A stretch of 64,000 nt of DNA from a bacterium (GTDB lineage Bacteria; Patescibacteriota; Minisyncoccia; Phycocordibacterales; UBA1006): positions 54,734 to 118,733 of the forward strand of contig JBAWXN010000002.1 in NCBI GenBank assembly GCA_037144045.1. Direction: 5' to 3'. The notes beneath the pieces are model-generated. The model saw only the letters and a program-made list of their open reading frames with translations, ran no database searches and was not told the DNA's origin. The position numbers were made by a program, and so were the translations under genes. This document shows positions 26,541-36,271 of the stretch, one piece after another; position 1 is the first letter of the stretch, and every line of letters begins with the position of its first letter.

Positions 26541-27647
26541 TTACTTGGTATTTTCAAGCTTGTTTATAACGGTTTCTAAACCATTCCCCTTACAAAGGGC
26601 AGTGGTATCAGCAACGATATTGTTTGTGTACTTATCAAGATTTTCCAAAAATAATTTGAATGTCTCGGAATCTATTGCATCATGCATAACTCCAAAATTA
26701 TTTTCCTCAATAATATGCGCGTTCATTTGTTGCTCGTAAATAGGAAGCGGTATTGCGTAGACGGGTATTTCTAAATACATCGCTTCAGCAATTAATGTAT
26801 GCCCTGCAGTTGTAATAATTCCGTTTACTAACACTAATACTTTCATGAACTCCTCGTCATTATACTTATTCCAATATACGTTTACGGGCAATTGAGTCTG
26901 TGGGATACTCTGGGCAAAAACATGAAACACAACATCAGGGAATTTTTTAAAAACAGAGACGATAGATTCATGAGATTGTTTAATATCTTGATTGCTCGTT
27001 AAATACACAAGAATATTTTTCTGTTTAGAATTAGTACTTCTTTTCAAATGAACAACCGATTCTTTTATGATTGCAGGAACCACTAAAACATTCATACCCT
27101 CCTTTCCTTTTTTAGACACCTTAAAGAATGAACACGCAATACGTTCTACTGCAGTCGGGAAAAATAATTGCAACCTAGCTACCTCATCGGCATAGGTACA
27201 ATTATTAAGTGTTTCGGGAAAATCTCCGATTAAATATTTACTTTGTTGGTCAATGGTTACCAATGGTACGGCGTGTTCATAGGCGATACCTGCGCTGACC
27301 GGTTCGTAGTCACTTACTACAAGATCAGGAATTCCTAGCCAAGCTATCATTTCTATAATCGCCTTATTATTTATTGCGTCAAAATCAATATTATTTTTTT
27401 CAAGTTTTTTTGTCGCTTTAAAATCTATTCCTGTTTTATTTCCCACATAAAAAGGCACAGCAACTTCAAGTACTTTTATATTAATATCACCACCGAATAA
27501 AATATTACTGGTTTGGAAACTGGAACCGTAAGCAAAAATAGCAATTCGATTTGTTTTAGCAAGATGTTGAATAATAGGTAATTGTCGTTGCATGTGACCA
27601 TTTCCTATTCCACATATTCCATAGAGAATCTTTTTTTTGTTATTCAT
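26541..27647 (-). CDS. GT-B fold glycosyltransferase (GT1/MurG-like)
   Basis: N-terminal ICGIGNGHMQR loop. C-terminal TAGHTLIAEAMYLEIPVYAIPL..EQQMNA, the classic GT-B donor-binding region. 4-nt overlap (ATGA) with the upstream gene. Confidence 0.6.
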   Translation of the reverse strand: MNNKKKILYGICGIGNGHMQRQLPIIQHLAKTNRIAIFAYGSSFQTSNILFGGDINIKVLEVAVPFYVGNKTGIDFKATKKLEKNNIDFDAINNKAIIEMIAWLGIPDLVVSDYEPVSAGIAYEHAVPLVTIDQQSKYLIGDFPETLNNCTYADEVARLQLFFPTAVERIACSFFKVSKKGKEGMNVLVVPAIIKESVVHLKRSTNSKQKNILVYLTSNQDIKQSHESIVSVFKKFPDVVFHVFAQSIPQTQLPVNVYWNKYNDEEFMKVLVLVNGIITTAGHTLIAEAMYLEIPVYAIPLPIYEQQMNAHIIEENNFGVMHDAIDSETFKLFLENLDKYTNNIVADTTALCKGNGLETVINKLENTK

Positions 27648-28429
27648 AGTTTTTTTATTTCATCCGTCACAAATTCAAGTGCTCCTTCGATGGTGTATAC
27701 AGGTACTGTGGTTTTTCTCAGGTGTTGCGATAAATAACGCTCCGTTCCTTCTGGCGCTCTACCCACTAGTACATCATCATTATCATCTAACACAACATCA
27801 GCGTTTACCGCATCCATGAAATAGGGATAGAGCATGTGCACTCGTGAATCACCCACTACTTGTTTTAAAATATTTTTATAACTATTCAATTTTACTACAA
27901 CAACCGCATCTATTTCCCCGTAAGCTTCTGATTGATAATCAATAATAATTCTGTCCCAAACTTCTACTCGATTATTACTCATCAAGATATCAGGGATTGA
28001 ATCAGTATTTTTTATACTTACCGCAGTGGTACCTGCATTCATAAATAACTTATCGTTAATAAACGAAACGATTGTTTTATTTCCAGAATCAATTCTTGCT
28101 CCTTGTTCTAATAAATTCAAAGCAACTGTTGTTTTCCCTGAGCCTGAATGACCAATGATAAGTACCCGTTTATGGATCGAAACACATGCACCATGCACAC
28201 AGAACTGTTTTCTTGTGAGTAACTCCCTGCGCAGCAAACCATAGAGTTTTTGTGCGAAACCAGCTACTCCATCATACGTAACTGACAGGTCTATTTTTTC
28301 CGGCACTTGAGAGCTTTTTTTAATTCCGGGAACATAAGCGCTTAACACAAGCTCTTCGTTTTGAGTAATACCCTGTTCATGGATAAGCTCTATTGTTATT
28401 TGATTTTCGACACTATAGTAAGTTTTCAT
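27644..28429 (-). CDS. HprK C-terminal-domain-like P-loop protein (putative small-molecule or protein kinase)
   Basis: VHGACVSIHKRVLIIGHSGSGKTTVALNLLEQGARIDSGNKTIV aligns with the HprK/P C-domain block [43 protein letters not shown]. Translationally coupled to both flanking glycosyltransferases. Confidence 0.55.
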   Translation of the reverse strand: MKTYYSVENQITIELIHEQGITQNEELVLSAYVPGIKKSSQVPEKIDLSVTYDGVAGFAQKLYGLLRRELLTRKQFCVHGACVSIHKRVLIIGHSGSGKTTVALNLLEQGARIDSGNKTIVSFINDKLFMNAGTTAVSIKNTDSIPDILMSNNRVEVWDRIIIDYQSEAYGEIDAVVVVKLNSYKNILKQVVGDSRVHMLYPYFMDAVNADVVLDDNDDVLVGRAPEGTERYLSQHLRKTTVPVYTIEGALEFVTDEIKKL

Positions 28430-29415
28430 AATGATTTAATTGCTTTGTAAACAGCAACGCCTCCGTCACTTCCAAATTCATCTAATAATGTTTTTGTGCC
28501 ACATATTGTCGGCAAGTTTCCTTCTAAACTATTTTCATCGCTTATCGATGCACTTACTAATCCCTTTTGTTTCATAAGTTCTAATTGTTCTTTCTGGCTT
28601 TCATTAGCAGGAGGTAACCACACTGTAGGAATATCGTAACTTGCTGTGTCATAAATATTTCCAAGTCCTGGGGTCATGAATGCCAATTTTGTTCTCTTGA
28701 GCAGTTCCTCCATTTCATCACGCGCATAGCTTTTTACATTGAATTCTGAAAGACGTTCTGCTACCGCACTACTGGTTGCAATAACAACCTTGTCCAATGA
28801 ACCTAATAAGGCTTGGACTGTTTTAATATTCTGGCGCGCATAGTCTTCGACATCATCTAATTTCCAATGCGGATTTTGTAGACCACCCATATTCAGTAAC
28901 ACAACATCTTTATTCTTTGCAGGTTCTTGAACAGAAACGATTGGGGGTACTACTATTGTATTTTTAGAAAATTTATTACGCTCATTCTTAATGCGGTCCG
29001 TTACTCCAATAAAGTTTTGTGCGATATACATATCACATCCTGTAATTACCGGATGAATGTCTTTCCAAAACCAAGTCAGGGGGTCATAAATAATTACCTG
29101 GAGTCCTAATGATTGAGCACGAGCTGCCATTTCAAAATCAAGTGCGGTAATAAATACGTCATATTTCTTTATAATCAAATCAAGCTCAGTAGGTTCATAA
29201 TCAGCACTATCATACACCGCATCGTAAGCGAGCGATCGTTGGAGATCAAGAGTATGACGAGTACCCATATATGCCAGGGTTTCATAGTCATTCCTTAAGT
29301 AAGGAAAGAATGTAGCAATGGCTGCTGCTGGCCCAAATCCAAACGGTTCGGCATTGAGTAAAATTTTACGTGATGTTTTTTTCATATGATTCAATTCCAT
29401 ACATGAGTTTTCCAA
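28426..29415 (-). CDS. GT-B-like glycosyltransferase (divergent)
   Basis: N-terminal Gly-rich NAEPFGFGPAAAIATFF. C-terminal TPGLGNIYDTASYDIPTVWLPPANESQKEQ fits the GT-B C-domain pattern. The start may be an internal Met (29400 or 29385), which reduces the overlap with the PhyH gene. Confidence 0.45.
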   Translation of the reverse strand: MENSCMELNHMKKTSRKILLNAEPFGFGPAAAIATFFPYLRNDYETLAYMGTRHTLDLQRSLAYDAVYDSADYEPTELDLIIKKYDVFITALDFEMAARAQSLGLQVIIYDPLTWFWKDIHPVITGCDMYIAQNFIGVTDRIKNERNKFSKNTIVVPPIVSVQEPAKNKDVVLLNMGGLQNPHWKLDDVEDYARQNIKTVQALLGSLDKVVIATSSAVAERLSEFNVKSYARDEMEELLKRTKLAFMTPGLGNIYDTASYDIPTVWLPPANESQKEQLELMKQKGLVSASISDENSLEGNLPTICGTKTLLDEFGSDGGVAVYKAIKSL

Positions 29416-30502
29416 GTAAGGATAACTGTTCTGGTTTTCTTACTTCTTCTAACATTTTCGGATTAGTATATCTTGGTTTTTTACTCGCATGCATGAGTGC
29501 TTCGCGGTTATTACTTCCTATTCCAGAACGAAACGCTTCGTGACGTGCATTCACTAGTGTATGATCAGTTTCGCAAGCAGGCCCGGCTGCAGTATAGGCA
29601 ACATACCGAATATCTTGAGAAATATTTTCAGTATTTGCATGAGTAGTACGACTATCCCATAATACCAAATCGCCTTTACGTAGTGGAAATGCTTGAAGCT
29701 GTTTATCGATCCAAGAAACACCTGCAAGAGATTCTGGTAGTTCAACATATTCACCCTTGTTCGGTACATGCGGCTTATAATCAAGAAAATGGTTTCGTGA
29801 TCCAATTGCCGCAACGAACGTTCCTCGCTCAACTGGACAATCTACTAGGGCAAGCACGCCTTGAACCGTTCTAAAGTCAGGATGAATCAACGGATTCTGA
29901 TCGACATGTAACGATAGTGCTTTTGATTCTGCATGGTGAGGCAATTTGACTCCTAACCGATCAAAACTAGTCCAAATATCGTATCTATTCCAAATAAGTA
30001 CCTGAGCCAAGTAATGAATTACCGACTGACGAATTTGTGCAAGTATATCATCATGATACAACTCGAAGAATCCTCGAGAGATAAATGGAGTACCTGCATC
30101 ATCAACAGGGATAGCATTCCACGAATCAGCATTATTCAATTCGCAAACACCATTACTCATCAGCTTAACCACTTCATTCATTCTTGCAATAGTTGCATCA
30201 CATTGATGTACACTTATTACATTCTTGATAACTACTACACCAAATTTGCTCCAAGTATCTACTAACGAAGCTTCATCAGCAAGTGGATCGAATGCGATCG
30301 CATATCCATCACGATCAAGAGGATACTTTTCAGCCCGGCGAACAGAAACCAACTTTTTCAAATTTGTAGACGAACTGTTTGTTTTAAGACTTTCTTTAAC
30401 CTCTGAAATAAGTTTGATAACATCAGTATCTGATGACGAATTGGTTTTCGTATTTAATTGTAATTTCGTAGCTAGCTGCTTAATAATTGGTGTAATAATC
30501 AT
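29366..30502 (-). CDS. phytanoyl-CoA dioxygenase (PhyH)-family Fe(II)/2-oxoglutarate oxygenase
   Basis: HVDQNP (HxD) and a distal His in TTHANTEN, in a 378-aa protein with PhyH-like spacing. Confidence 0.6.
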   Translation of the reverse strand: MIITPIIKQLATKLQLNTKTNSSSDTDVIKLISEVKESLKTNSSSTNLKKLVSVRRAEKYPLDRDGYAIAFDPLADEASLVDTWSKFGVVVIKNVISVHQCDATIARMNEVVKLMSNGVCELNNADSWNAIPVDDAGTPFISRGFFELYHDDILAQIRQSVIHYLAQVLIWNRYDIWTSFDRLGVKLPHHAESKALSLHVDQNPLIHPDFRTVQGVLALVDCPVERGTFVAAIGSRNHFLDYKPHVPNKGEYVELPESLAGVSWIDKQLQAFPLRKGDLVLWDSRTTHANTENISQDIRYVAYTAAGPACETDHTLVNARHEAFRSGIGSNNREALMHASKKPRYTNPKMLEEVRKPEQLSLLGKLMYGIESYEKNIT

Positions 30503-30542
30503 AAGGAAAAGAAAACCTGCGCGAGCGCAGGTGCATTAATAA

Positions 30543-30836
30543 TTAACTGTTAGGATGTAGCGCATGCTTCTTTTTGAGACTCATGCGGTATTCACCACTC
30601 GGACGAGTTCCATAAATGCGAATACTCGATGAAAGTTTCACATCAGTTTCCGCACCACAACAAGGACAACAAAACGTAGTGTAATAATCGGTTGAGCCGT
30701 CATAACATTCATGACGTGTTTGGTATAAATCCATTTGAGAGACGAGGAGCACTGCTCCGCATCCAAGATCACCGTTTCCGGATCCTGTGCAAGTAAATTC
30801 CTTACCTGCAGCTCCACCTTCTTGTATAACTTTCAT
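30543..30836 (-). CDS. small Cys-rich protein (97 aa), first gene of the modification cassette
   Basis: Seven Cys including FTCTGSGNGDLGCG and TTFCCPCCGAETD. Could be a zinc-binding protein or a modified-peptide substrate. Confidence 0.3.
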   Translation of the reverse strand: MKVIQEGGAAGKEFTCTGSGNGDLGCGAVLLVSQMDLYQTRHECYDGSTDYYTTFCCPCCGAETDVKLSSSIRIYGTRPSGEYRMSLKKKHALHPNS

Positions 30837-30985
30837 ATGATTGTTTTTTGAATTGAAAAGAATGATACATACCCAGTATATTCAGAAATAAAATTTGTAC
30901 CGAAAAAATACGAGCACTTGTAACAAGCACCAGTGGTTAATCTAGAAACCCTTTATTTTTAATAGTATTTTGCTATACTTACCAT

Positions 30986-31001
30986 GTAACAAATTTGTTA
31001 C
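30986..31001. promoter_or_regulatory. perfect 16-bp palindrome GTAACAAATTTGTTAC, candidate TrmB-type operator
   Basis: Lies 12 bp upstream of the start of the TrmB-like gene at 31014. It sits in the divergent promoter region shared with the Cys-rich/PhyH/GT cassette. A related CTTGTAACAAG lies about 70 bp upstream. Confidence 0.4.
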
Positions 31002-31013
31002 AGATATTACTCT

Positions 31014-31742
31014 ATGAACACGATTACCACCTCCCTTACCCAATTAGGTCTTTCAGTCCACGCTGCTGATATGTATGTATTCCTCCTTGAACGTGGACAA
31101 AAAACCGCAACTGAATTAGTTTCAGGATTACGACTCCATCGCCCGCAAGTCTATCGAGCCCTTGGCGAACTGCACGAATCACAACTTATTGTTCAAACCA
31201 CTTCTGGAAGTCAGAAAAAGTATTACGCTGAACCACCCAAGAAACTCGACCGCCTTGCCAAAGATGTTGCCGATCGCATTACCACTATCATTCCAGAACT
31301 CGAGGAACGCAGCTTACGCAAAAATAACCAACCTTTTGTGAAAATACTTGAAGGATCCAAAGGGATACGAGCCGTGTTCGACGACCTTGTGGAATCATGC
31401 AGCAAAGGCGAGATTTTTTATCGGTACACCTCGGAGCTTGATCTCGATAAAGTGAATAGCTTCCTTCCCAAAGATTATCGGATACGTCGTGACACAAAAA
31501 AACTTGAGCGGTTCGTTATTAGTAATAAATTATCCGGAAGTCAAAAAAAACAACGCCTCGAACGTACCCTAAAATTTATTCCTCAAGATGACCCGTTTAA
31601 TCAAAATATTATTGAACTGATCTATGCAAATAAGGTCGCCATTATTGACCTGAACACTCAGACGAGCCTCCTGATCGAAAATGAAAGTATTGCAGCATTT
31701 CAAAAGGTAATCTTCCGAAATTTGTACAAACGACTCATATAA
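31014..31742 (+). CDS. TrmB-like transcriptional regulator
   Basis: N-terminal wHTH LGLSVHAADMYVFLLERGQKTATELVSGLRLHRPQVYRALGELHESQLI, plus the C-terminal domain shared with the paralogs. Confidence 0.6.
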   Translation: MNTITTSLTQLGLSVHAADMYVFLLERGQKTATELVSGLRLHRPQVYRALGELHESQLIVQTTSGSQKKYYAEPPKKLDRLAKDVADRITTIIPELEERSLRKNNQPFVKILEGSKGIRAVFDDLVESCSKGEIFYRYTSELDLDKVNSFLPKDYRIRRDTKKLERFVISNKLSGSQKKQRLERTLKFIPQDDPFNQNIIELIYANKVAIIDLNTQTSLLIENESIAAFQKVIFRNLYKRLI

Positions 31743-31867
31743 GGTTCCTGTACACCTCGAATATTTTCTGGTATGGTGAAACCAGAGATGTCCCGTTATT
31801 CTTATACGATCCAACCTCTTTATCTCTCTTAACTGACTTTTAAAAAACGGCATAACTGCCCTGACTT

Positions 31868-33391
31868 ATGAAATTTTTAATACTTACCGACATTATTGCG
31901 GTAATCCTTGGGATTATTGCTGGGTACTATGTGCGACAAATAGTGGCACGATTCCAAAAACGCTCTCTTGAAACAAACGTTAAGGAACTCATGCTTCGCG
32001 CCCGAGAAGACGCGACACGAATCACCGAAGACGCCGATCGCCGTGCAGAACATCGTTTACACGAATTGCGTAACCTAGAACGCGAACACGAAATTGAATT
32101 CAAAAAAAATAAAGACTTCCTCGTAAAAAAGGAGAGTCTTTTAGATGCCCGACAAATGGAAATTGATGTAAACTACGAAGACCTGAAGAAGAAGATCGAG
32201 GAAGTACGTGCACTGAAAGACAAAATGAATGAGGCTACCGCACGACAAGAACAAGAACTCGTACGTCTTGCAGGAATGAATCGAGAAGAAGCCCGCGATA
32301 TCATTGTTGCAAGTGCAGAAGAAAAATATAGTGAAGATATTTTGGTACGCCTCCGTAAACTCGAACTTTATGGCGAAGAAAAATATAAAGAGCGCGCTCG
32401 TTCAATACTCGTAACGGCAATTCATCGCCTGGCGAGTTCTACAGCCCATGACGTAACTACTACCGCGGTCGAAATTCCTAACGAGGAAACTAAAGGAAAA
32501 ATCATCGGAAAGGAGGGACGCAATATTAGAACCTTTGAACGCATTACCGGTGTTGAACTCATTATTGATGAGTCACCAGATGAAATTATTATTTCATCAT
32601 TTGATCCGGTGCGACGACAAATTGCTAAGGTTGCCATGGAAGAACTTATTAAGGACGGCCGCATTCAACCAGCAAAAATTGAGGAATTTTTTGAAAAAGC
32701 GAAAGATGATATCAATGAAATCATTAGACGCAAAGGTGAAGACGCGGTACACGAATGTGGTATCTATACCCTTGATCCGCGCATTGTTGCTATTATTGGT
32801 CGCCTACACTTCCGAACCAGTTATGGACAAAACGTATTGCAGCACTCAATTGAAGTGGCTCACCTATGTGAAATGCTTGCAACCGAGTTAGGCGCGGATC
32901 CTATGATTGCAAAAGTTGCAGGACTCGTTCACGACATTGGTAAAGCGCTCGATCATGAAGTTGAAGGAACCCATATCGATATTGGTATGCGCATCCTTGA
33001 AAAATTTGGCGCTGATCCGCGAGTTATCACCGCCATGAAATCACATCACGATGATTGGCCTCATGAAACCATTGAAGCAGTTATTGTACAAGTAGCTGAC
33101 ATGATTTCAGGTTCTCGTCCTGGCGCACGTCGTGATACTCTTGAAAATTACTTGAAGCGACTCCGTGAACTCGAAGCTGTAGTGAACACCTTTACCGGAG
33201 TTCAAAAATCATACGCACTCCAAGCAGGTCGCGAGATCCGAGTCTTTGTACACCCTGATCAAGTAAGTGACCTTGAAGCGAAACGAGCTGCCCGCGCTAT
33301 GGCTGTTCGTATCGAACAAGAGCTACGGTATCCTGGTGAAATCAAAGTAACCGTAATTCGTGAAAACCGTATTATTGAATACGCGCGGTAA
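31868..33391 (+). CDS. rny: ribonuclease Y
   Basis: N-terminal TM, coiled coil, KH domain GKIIGKEGRNIR, HD domain HSIEVAHLCEMLATELG...LVHDIGKA. 507 aa. Confidence 0.9.
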   Translation: MKFLILTDIIAVILGIIAGYYVRQIVARFQKRSLETNVKELMLRAREDATRITEDADRRAEHRLHELRNLEREHEIEFKKNKDFLVKKESLLDARQMEIDVNYEDLKKKIEEVRALKDKMNEATARQEQELVRLAGMNREEARDIIVASAEEKYSEDILVRLRKLELYGEEKYKERARSILVTAIHRLASSTAHDVTTTAVEIPNEETKGKIIGKEGRNIRTFERITGVELIIDESPDEIIISSFDPVRRQIAKVAMEELIKDGRIQPAKIEEFFEKAKDDINEIIRRKGEDAVHECGIYTLDPRIVAIIGRLHFRTSYGQNVLQHSIEVAHLCEMLATELGADPMIAKVAGLVHDIGKALDHEVEGTHIDIGMRILEKFGADPRVITAMKSHHDDWPHETIEAVIVQVADMISGSRPGARRDTLENYLKRLRELEAVVNTFTGVQKSYALQAGREIRVFVHPDQVSDLEAKRAARAMAVRIEQELRYPGEIKVTVIRENRIIEYAR

Positions 33392-33394
33392 ATA

Positions 33395-33433
33395 AAAAAA
33401 ACAAACCCTTTGGTGTTACCAAAGGGTTTTTGT
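33395..33433. terminator. bidirectional Rho-independent terminator
   Basis: AAACCCTTTGG-tgtta-CCAAAGGGTTT with flanking A/T runs. Confidence 0.6.
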
Positions 33434-33756
33434 TAAATATTATTTTTTTCTACAAGCGCCTGTTCATAGTCTGCAAGTGGAGCAATGTCCCATCCTAATT
33501 CTTTAGCAACCGCCTCAGCAGTTTCCTGACTCGTGGGAAGTAGCTCTAATAGTGTTGCAACTACTATTCGTCCATTCTGGAAATGTGCATTTGGAATTGA
33601 TTCAAGCAATATGTTTTTTGAGTGTTCATAGCGACTACTTGTGTCAAACTCCTCACCACCTTCCCATGAAACTATTACTTCAATCTTACCTTTGTAAAAA
33701 ATTACTTTCCTTCGATTAAGAAGGTTAGCGAAACGAAACCAAAATTCAATCTTCAT
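33433..33756 (-). CDS. hypothetical protein (107 aa)
   Basis: ORF only. Confidence 0.3.
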   Translation of the reverse strand: MKIEFWFRFANLLNRRKVIFYKGKIEVIVSWEGGEEFDTSSRYEHSKNILLESIPNAHFQNGRIVVATLLELLPTSQETAEAVAKELGWDIAPLADYEQALVEKNNI

Positions 33757-33774
33757 AGTTATTACTTTAATACA

Positions 33775-33939
33775 TTACATGGCCTTACGTGGGATATGCT
33801 TCATTTGTGATCGTCCCCCTCCTTTAAGTGCTTTGGTGTTTACTGAACGATTCCCTACATTAACACCTTGTCTTTGGGTATCTAAAAATGTACTTCTTTT
33901 CTTAGAGTTATGAGTTCCTTTACGGTTTTTGTTTGGCAT
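33775..33939 (-). CDS. small highly basic protein (possibly ribosomal-protein-like)
   Basis: MPNKNRKGTHNSKKRSTF...GNRSVNTKALKGGGRSQ. Lys/Arg-rich, 54 aa from the internal Met. Loosely L34/L28-like but not assignable. Confidence 0.25.
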   Translation of the reverse strand: MPNKNRKGTHNSKKRSTFLDTQRQGVNVGNRSVNTKALKGGGRSQMKHIPRKAM

Positions 33940-34024
33940 AATATAGTTTTTTATACTATATAACAATTTATAATAAAGTCAAGTATTTTGAGACTTCCCC
34001 TCCCGATGTGTTATACTCATTTAT

Positions 34025-34498
34025 ATGGCAACAGAAACCGAACGCAAGTTCCTCTTGAAAGACAATTCTTGGAACACAGGAATTACAGGGACAGAATATA
34101 AACAAGGATACCTCGTGAGTAGTCCCGAGCGAACTGCACGCATTAGAATTGCAGGGAACAAAGGATACATTACTATTAAAGGTCCAGGTGCTGAAGGTTC
34201 GCTTACACGACCTGAATATGAATACGAAATCCCTCTTGCTGATGCAGAAGAACTATTTAACAACCTCTGTGAACCTGAAAAAATTGAAAAAACGCGATAC
34301 AAAATTCCTTTCGAAAACCATGTTTGGGAAGTAGATGTGTTTCACGGAACCAACGAAGGTCTTATCATGGCAGAAGTAGAGCTCGCAGATGAACACGAAG
34401 AAGTTATTATTCCACCCTGGATTGGTGATGAAGTGTCTGACGATCCTCGCTATTTCAATAGCAAACTCGCAAAAAATCCGTTTACTACTTGGGAATAG
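34025..34498 (+). CDS. CYTH-domain protein (CyaB/thiamine-triphosphatase-like triphosphate tunnel metalloenzyme)
   Basis: N-terminal ETERKFLL (ExExK), with Glu/Lys/Arg ladders across the beta strands typical of CYTH. 157 aa. Confidence 0.75.
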   Translation: MATETERKFLLKDNSWNTGITGTEYKQGYLVSSPERTARIRIAGNKGYITIKGPGAEGSLTRPEYEYEIPLADAEELFNNLCEPEKIEKTRYKIPFENHVWEVDVFHGTNEGLIMAEVELADEHEEVIIPPWIGDEVSDDPRYFNSKLAKNPFTTWE

Positions 34499-34568
34499 GT
34501 CTTTACGAAACAACGATTTAATGTATAATCACATTAAATCTTTTTGTTTCACTTTAATTGCGTAATCC

Positions 34569-35063
34569 ATGAGCACTGCAGCACTAGCACCTGAAAAAAC
34601 AGGTTTTCGTTTCTTTTCCCTTACTGAGTCAGGCCTCATCGAGCCAGGAATTCCAAGCTTTAAACAGCATGATGGCACATTATTAATAAAGCCACGGGGG
34701 AAACGAGGCCGCCAATTTAAAATATTTGCCAACACCACAATAAGCACAACCACTGCGGTCGTAAATAAAAGCGGTACATTCTATATCCAGTCTGGACTCA
34801 TTCAAGAATTCAACGAGGACAATGTGCTTCAAATACGAGATGCGTTGTCTTATTCTTTCGATAAAGTTGCTGTGTACCTTCCTGTTAACTTAGGGCGTAA
34901 ACTATTACTAGAAGAAACCCAAGGGTACGTAAACGAGCTTGCTCATTCATTTCTGATTTTGAAAGACAATACTTCATTTACCGTATGCCTTGGGAGGTCA
35001 TTTTACAAAGTTACCTACCTCAATAAAGAACTGACATGCACTTTAGTTCCTTTTACAGACTAA
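34569..35063 (+). CDS. hypothetical protein (164 aa)
   Basis: ORF only. Confidence 0.3.
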   Translation: MSTAALAPEKTGFRFFSLTESGLIEPGIPSFKQHDGTLLIKPRGKRGRQFKIFANTTISTTTAVVNKSGTFYIQSGLIQEFNEDNVLQIRDALSYSFDKVAVYLPVNLGRKLLLEETQGYVNELAHSFLILKDNTSFTVCLGRSFYKVTYLNKELTCTLVPFTD

Positions 35064-35267
35064 TATTCTCATATTAAATAAAACGCCTGAATCATAAATA
35101 ATGATTCAGGCGTTTTTTGTCAAGTTTCCCTCCGAAAAAACCTTATGGTATAATGATTTCGCTTTTGGTATTCGAAAAAACCAAACAGCTAAGCTTAGCA
35201 TTACAAGTAAGGTAATTTAATTTAAGAACGAAGTATCGGCCGATATCTCGTTCACATCATAATTTCT

Positions 35268-35540
35268 ATGAACAAAGCAGCTCTCGCAGATCTTATCCAC
35301 GCTAAAATTGGTGGAACAAAAACACAATCAGAAGAAGTAGTACAAATGATCATTGATTCAATCATTTCAACTTTGAAAAAAGGAGATGAAGTTTCACTAG
35401 CTGGTCTTGGAATCTTCTCAGTAAAAGACCGAGCAGCCCGAGAAGCTCGAAACCCAAAAACTGGTGAAACAGTTAAGGTTGCCGCTACAAAGGTTCCTAA
35501 GTTCCGAGCTGCTAAAGCTTTGAAAGACGCTGTTAAATAA
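35268..35540 (+). CDS. hup: DNA-binding protein HU
   Basis: MNKAALADLIHAKIGGTKTQSEEVV...GLGIFSVKDRAAREARNPKTGE is near-canonical HU/IHF. 90 aa. Confidence 0.9.
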   Translation: MNKAALADLIHAKIGGTKTQSEEVVQMIIDSIISTLKKGDEVSLAGLGIFSVKDRAAREARNPKTGETVKVAATKVPKFRAAKALKDAVK

Positions 35541-35560
35541 TATCCATTCAGATAAACAAA

Positions 35561-35590
35561 AAATCCCTTTAGGGGATTTTTTGTTTTGTG
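35561..35590 (+). terminator. Rho-independent terminator after hup
   Basis: AAAAATCCCTTTAGGGGATTTTTTG hairpin plus T-run. Confidence 0.55.
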
Positions 35591-35661
35591 TGCGGCGCAA
35601 GGGAATCGAACCCTTATCCACTGCTTGGAAGGCAGTTATTCTACCACTAAACTAGCACCGC
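35591..35661 (-). tRNA. tRNA-Gly (anticodon TCC), CCA not encoded
   Basis: Minus-strand cloverleaf: acceptor GCGGTGC/GCGCCGC, D-arm TAGTTTAGTGGTAGAA, anticodon stem-loop ACTGC-CTTCCAA-GCAGT, T-arm GGGTTCGATTCCC. Confidence 0.8.
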
Positions 35662-35792
35662 ATTATTTTCGTTCGCCGATGAGGCGAGCGCAAGTTTTCC
35701 TATCATAGCAGATTATCTAAAAAACTCAAGTACATCTTTTCCTTATAACTTGATAATGATATACTAATCACGTTAACTAATTAATTTACTTT

Positions 35793-36230
35793 ATGAAACA
35801 TTTAAAACATTTACACAAACCACATTTAGGAATCCTCTTGCTCCGCATTGTTGTGGGTGCAGTATTCGTATATGCAGGATATCAAAAACTTCATGATATG
35901 CCGCAAACCGTTCAATTCTTTGGAATGATTGGATTTTCTCCATTCTGGGCTTGGGTTACCGCACTCACCGAATTCATCGGAGGAATTATGATTATCGTTG
36001 GATATGGAATGCGCATTGCAGGATTCCTCCTTGCAGTTACTATGGTAGTTGCTGCGGTTAAAGTTGCTCCTCAAGCTGGATTTATGGGCGCATTGTCCCC
36101 TATCCTCCTTGCTACAACATCACTTTATTTTGTAACTTCAGGATGCGGAAAATATAGCGCTTGCAGTATGCTTCACGGAAAAAATTGCAATGATTGTAAA
36201 GCTGCTGGTAAATGCGATTGCCAACACTAA
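35793..36230 (+). CDS. DoxX-family membrane protein with a C-terminal Cys-rich tail
   Basis: LLLRIVVGAVFVYAGYQKL plus four TM helices typical of DoxX. C-terminus CGKYSACSMLHGKNCNDCKAAGKCDCQH. Confidence 0.6.
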   Translation: MKHLKHLHKPHLGILLLRIVVGAVFVYAGYQKLHDMPQTVQFFGMIGFSPFWAWVTALTEFIGGIMIIVGYGMRIAGFLLAVTMVVAAVKVAPQAGFMGALSPILLATTSLYFVTSGCGKYSACSMLHGKNCNDCKAAGKCDCQH

Positions 36231-36262
36231 TAAAAAACTCCTCACTATGAGGAGTTTTTTAT
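36231..36262. terminator. bidirectional Rho-independent terminator
   Basis: ACTCCTCA-cta-TGAGGAGT with A6/T6 flanks. Confidence 0.6.
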
Positions 36263-36271
36263 TATAAACAA

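Noticed and set aside
33775-33966. Small basic ORF as ribosomal protein L34/L28
   Set aside because: Only loose resemblance (RK.THxxxxR ... G.R.V..K..KGG.R). It lacks the conserved L34 GFRAR or L28 GNNVSH cores and is not in a ribosomal or rnpA context. Kept as an unassigned small basic protein.
35142-35267. Extended -10 promoter (TGGTATAAT) followed by a 110-nt structured leader upstream of hup, as a possible riboswitch or sRNA
   Set aside because: The leader has one modest hairpin and no recognisable riboswitch architecture. Long HU leaders are common. It was not reported as a feature.
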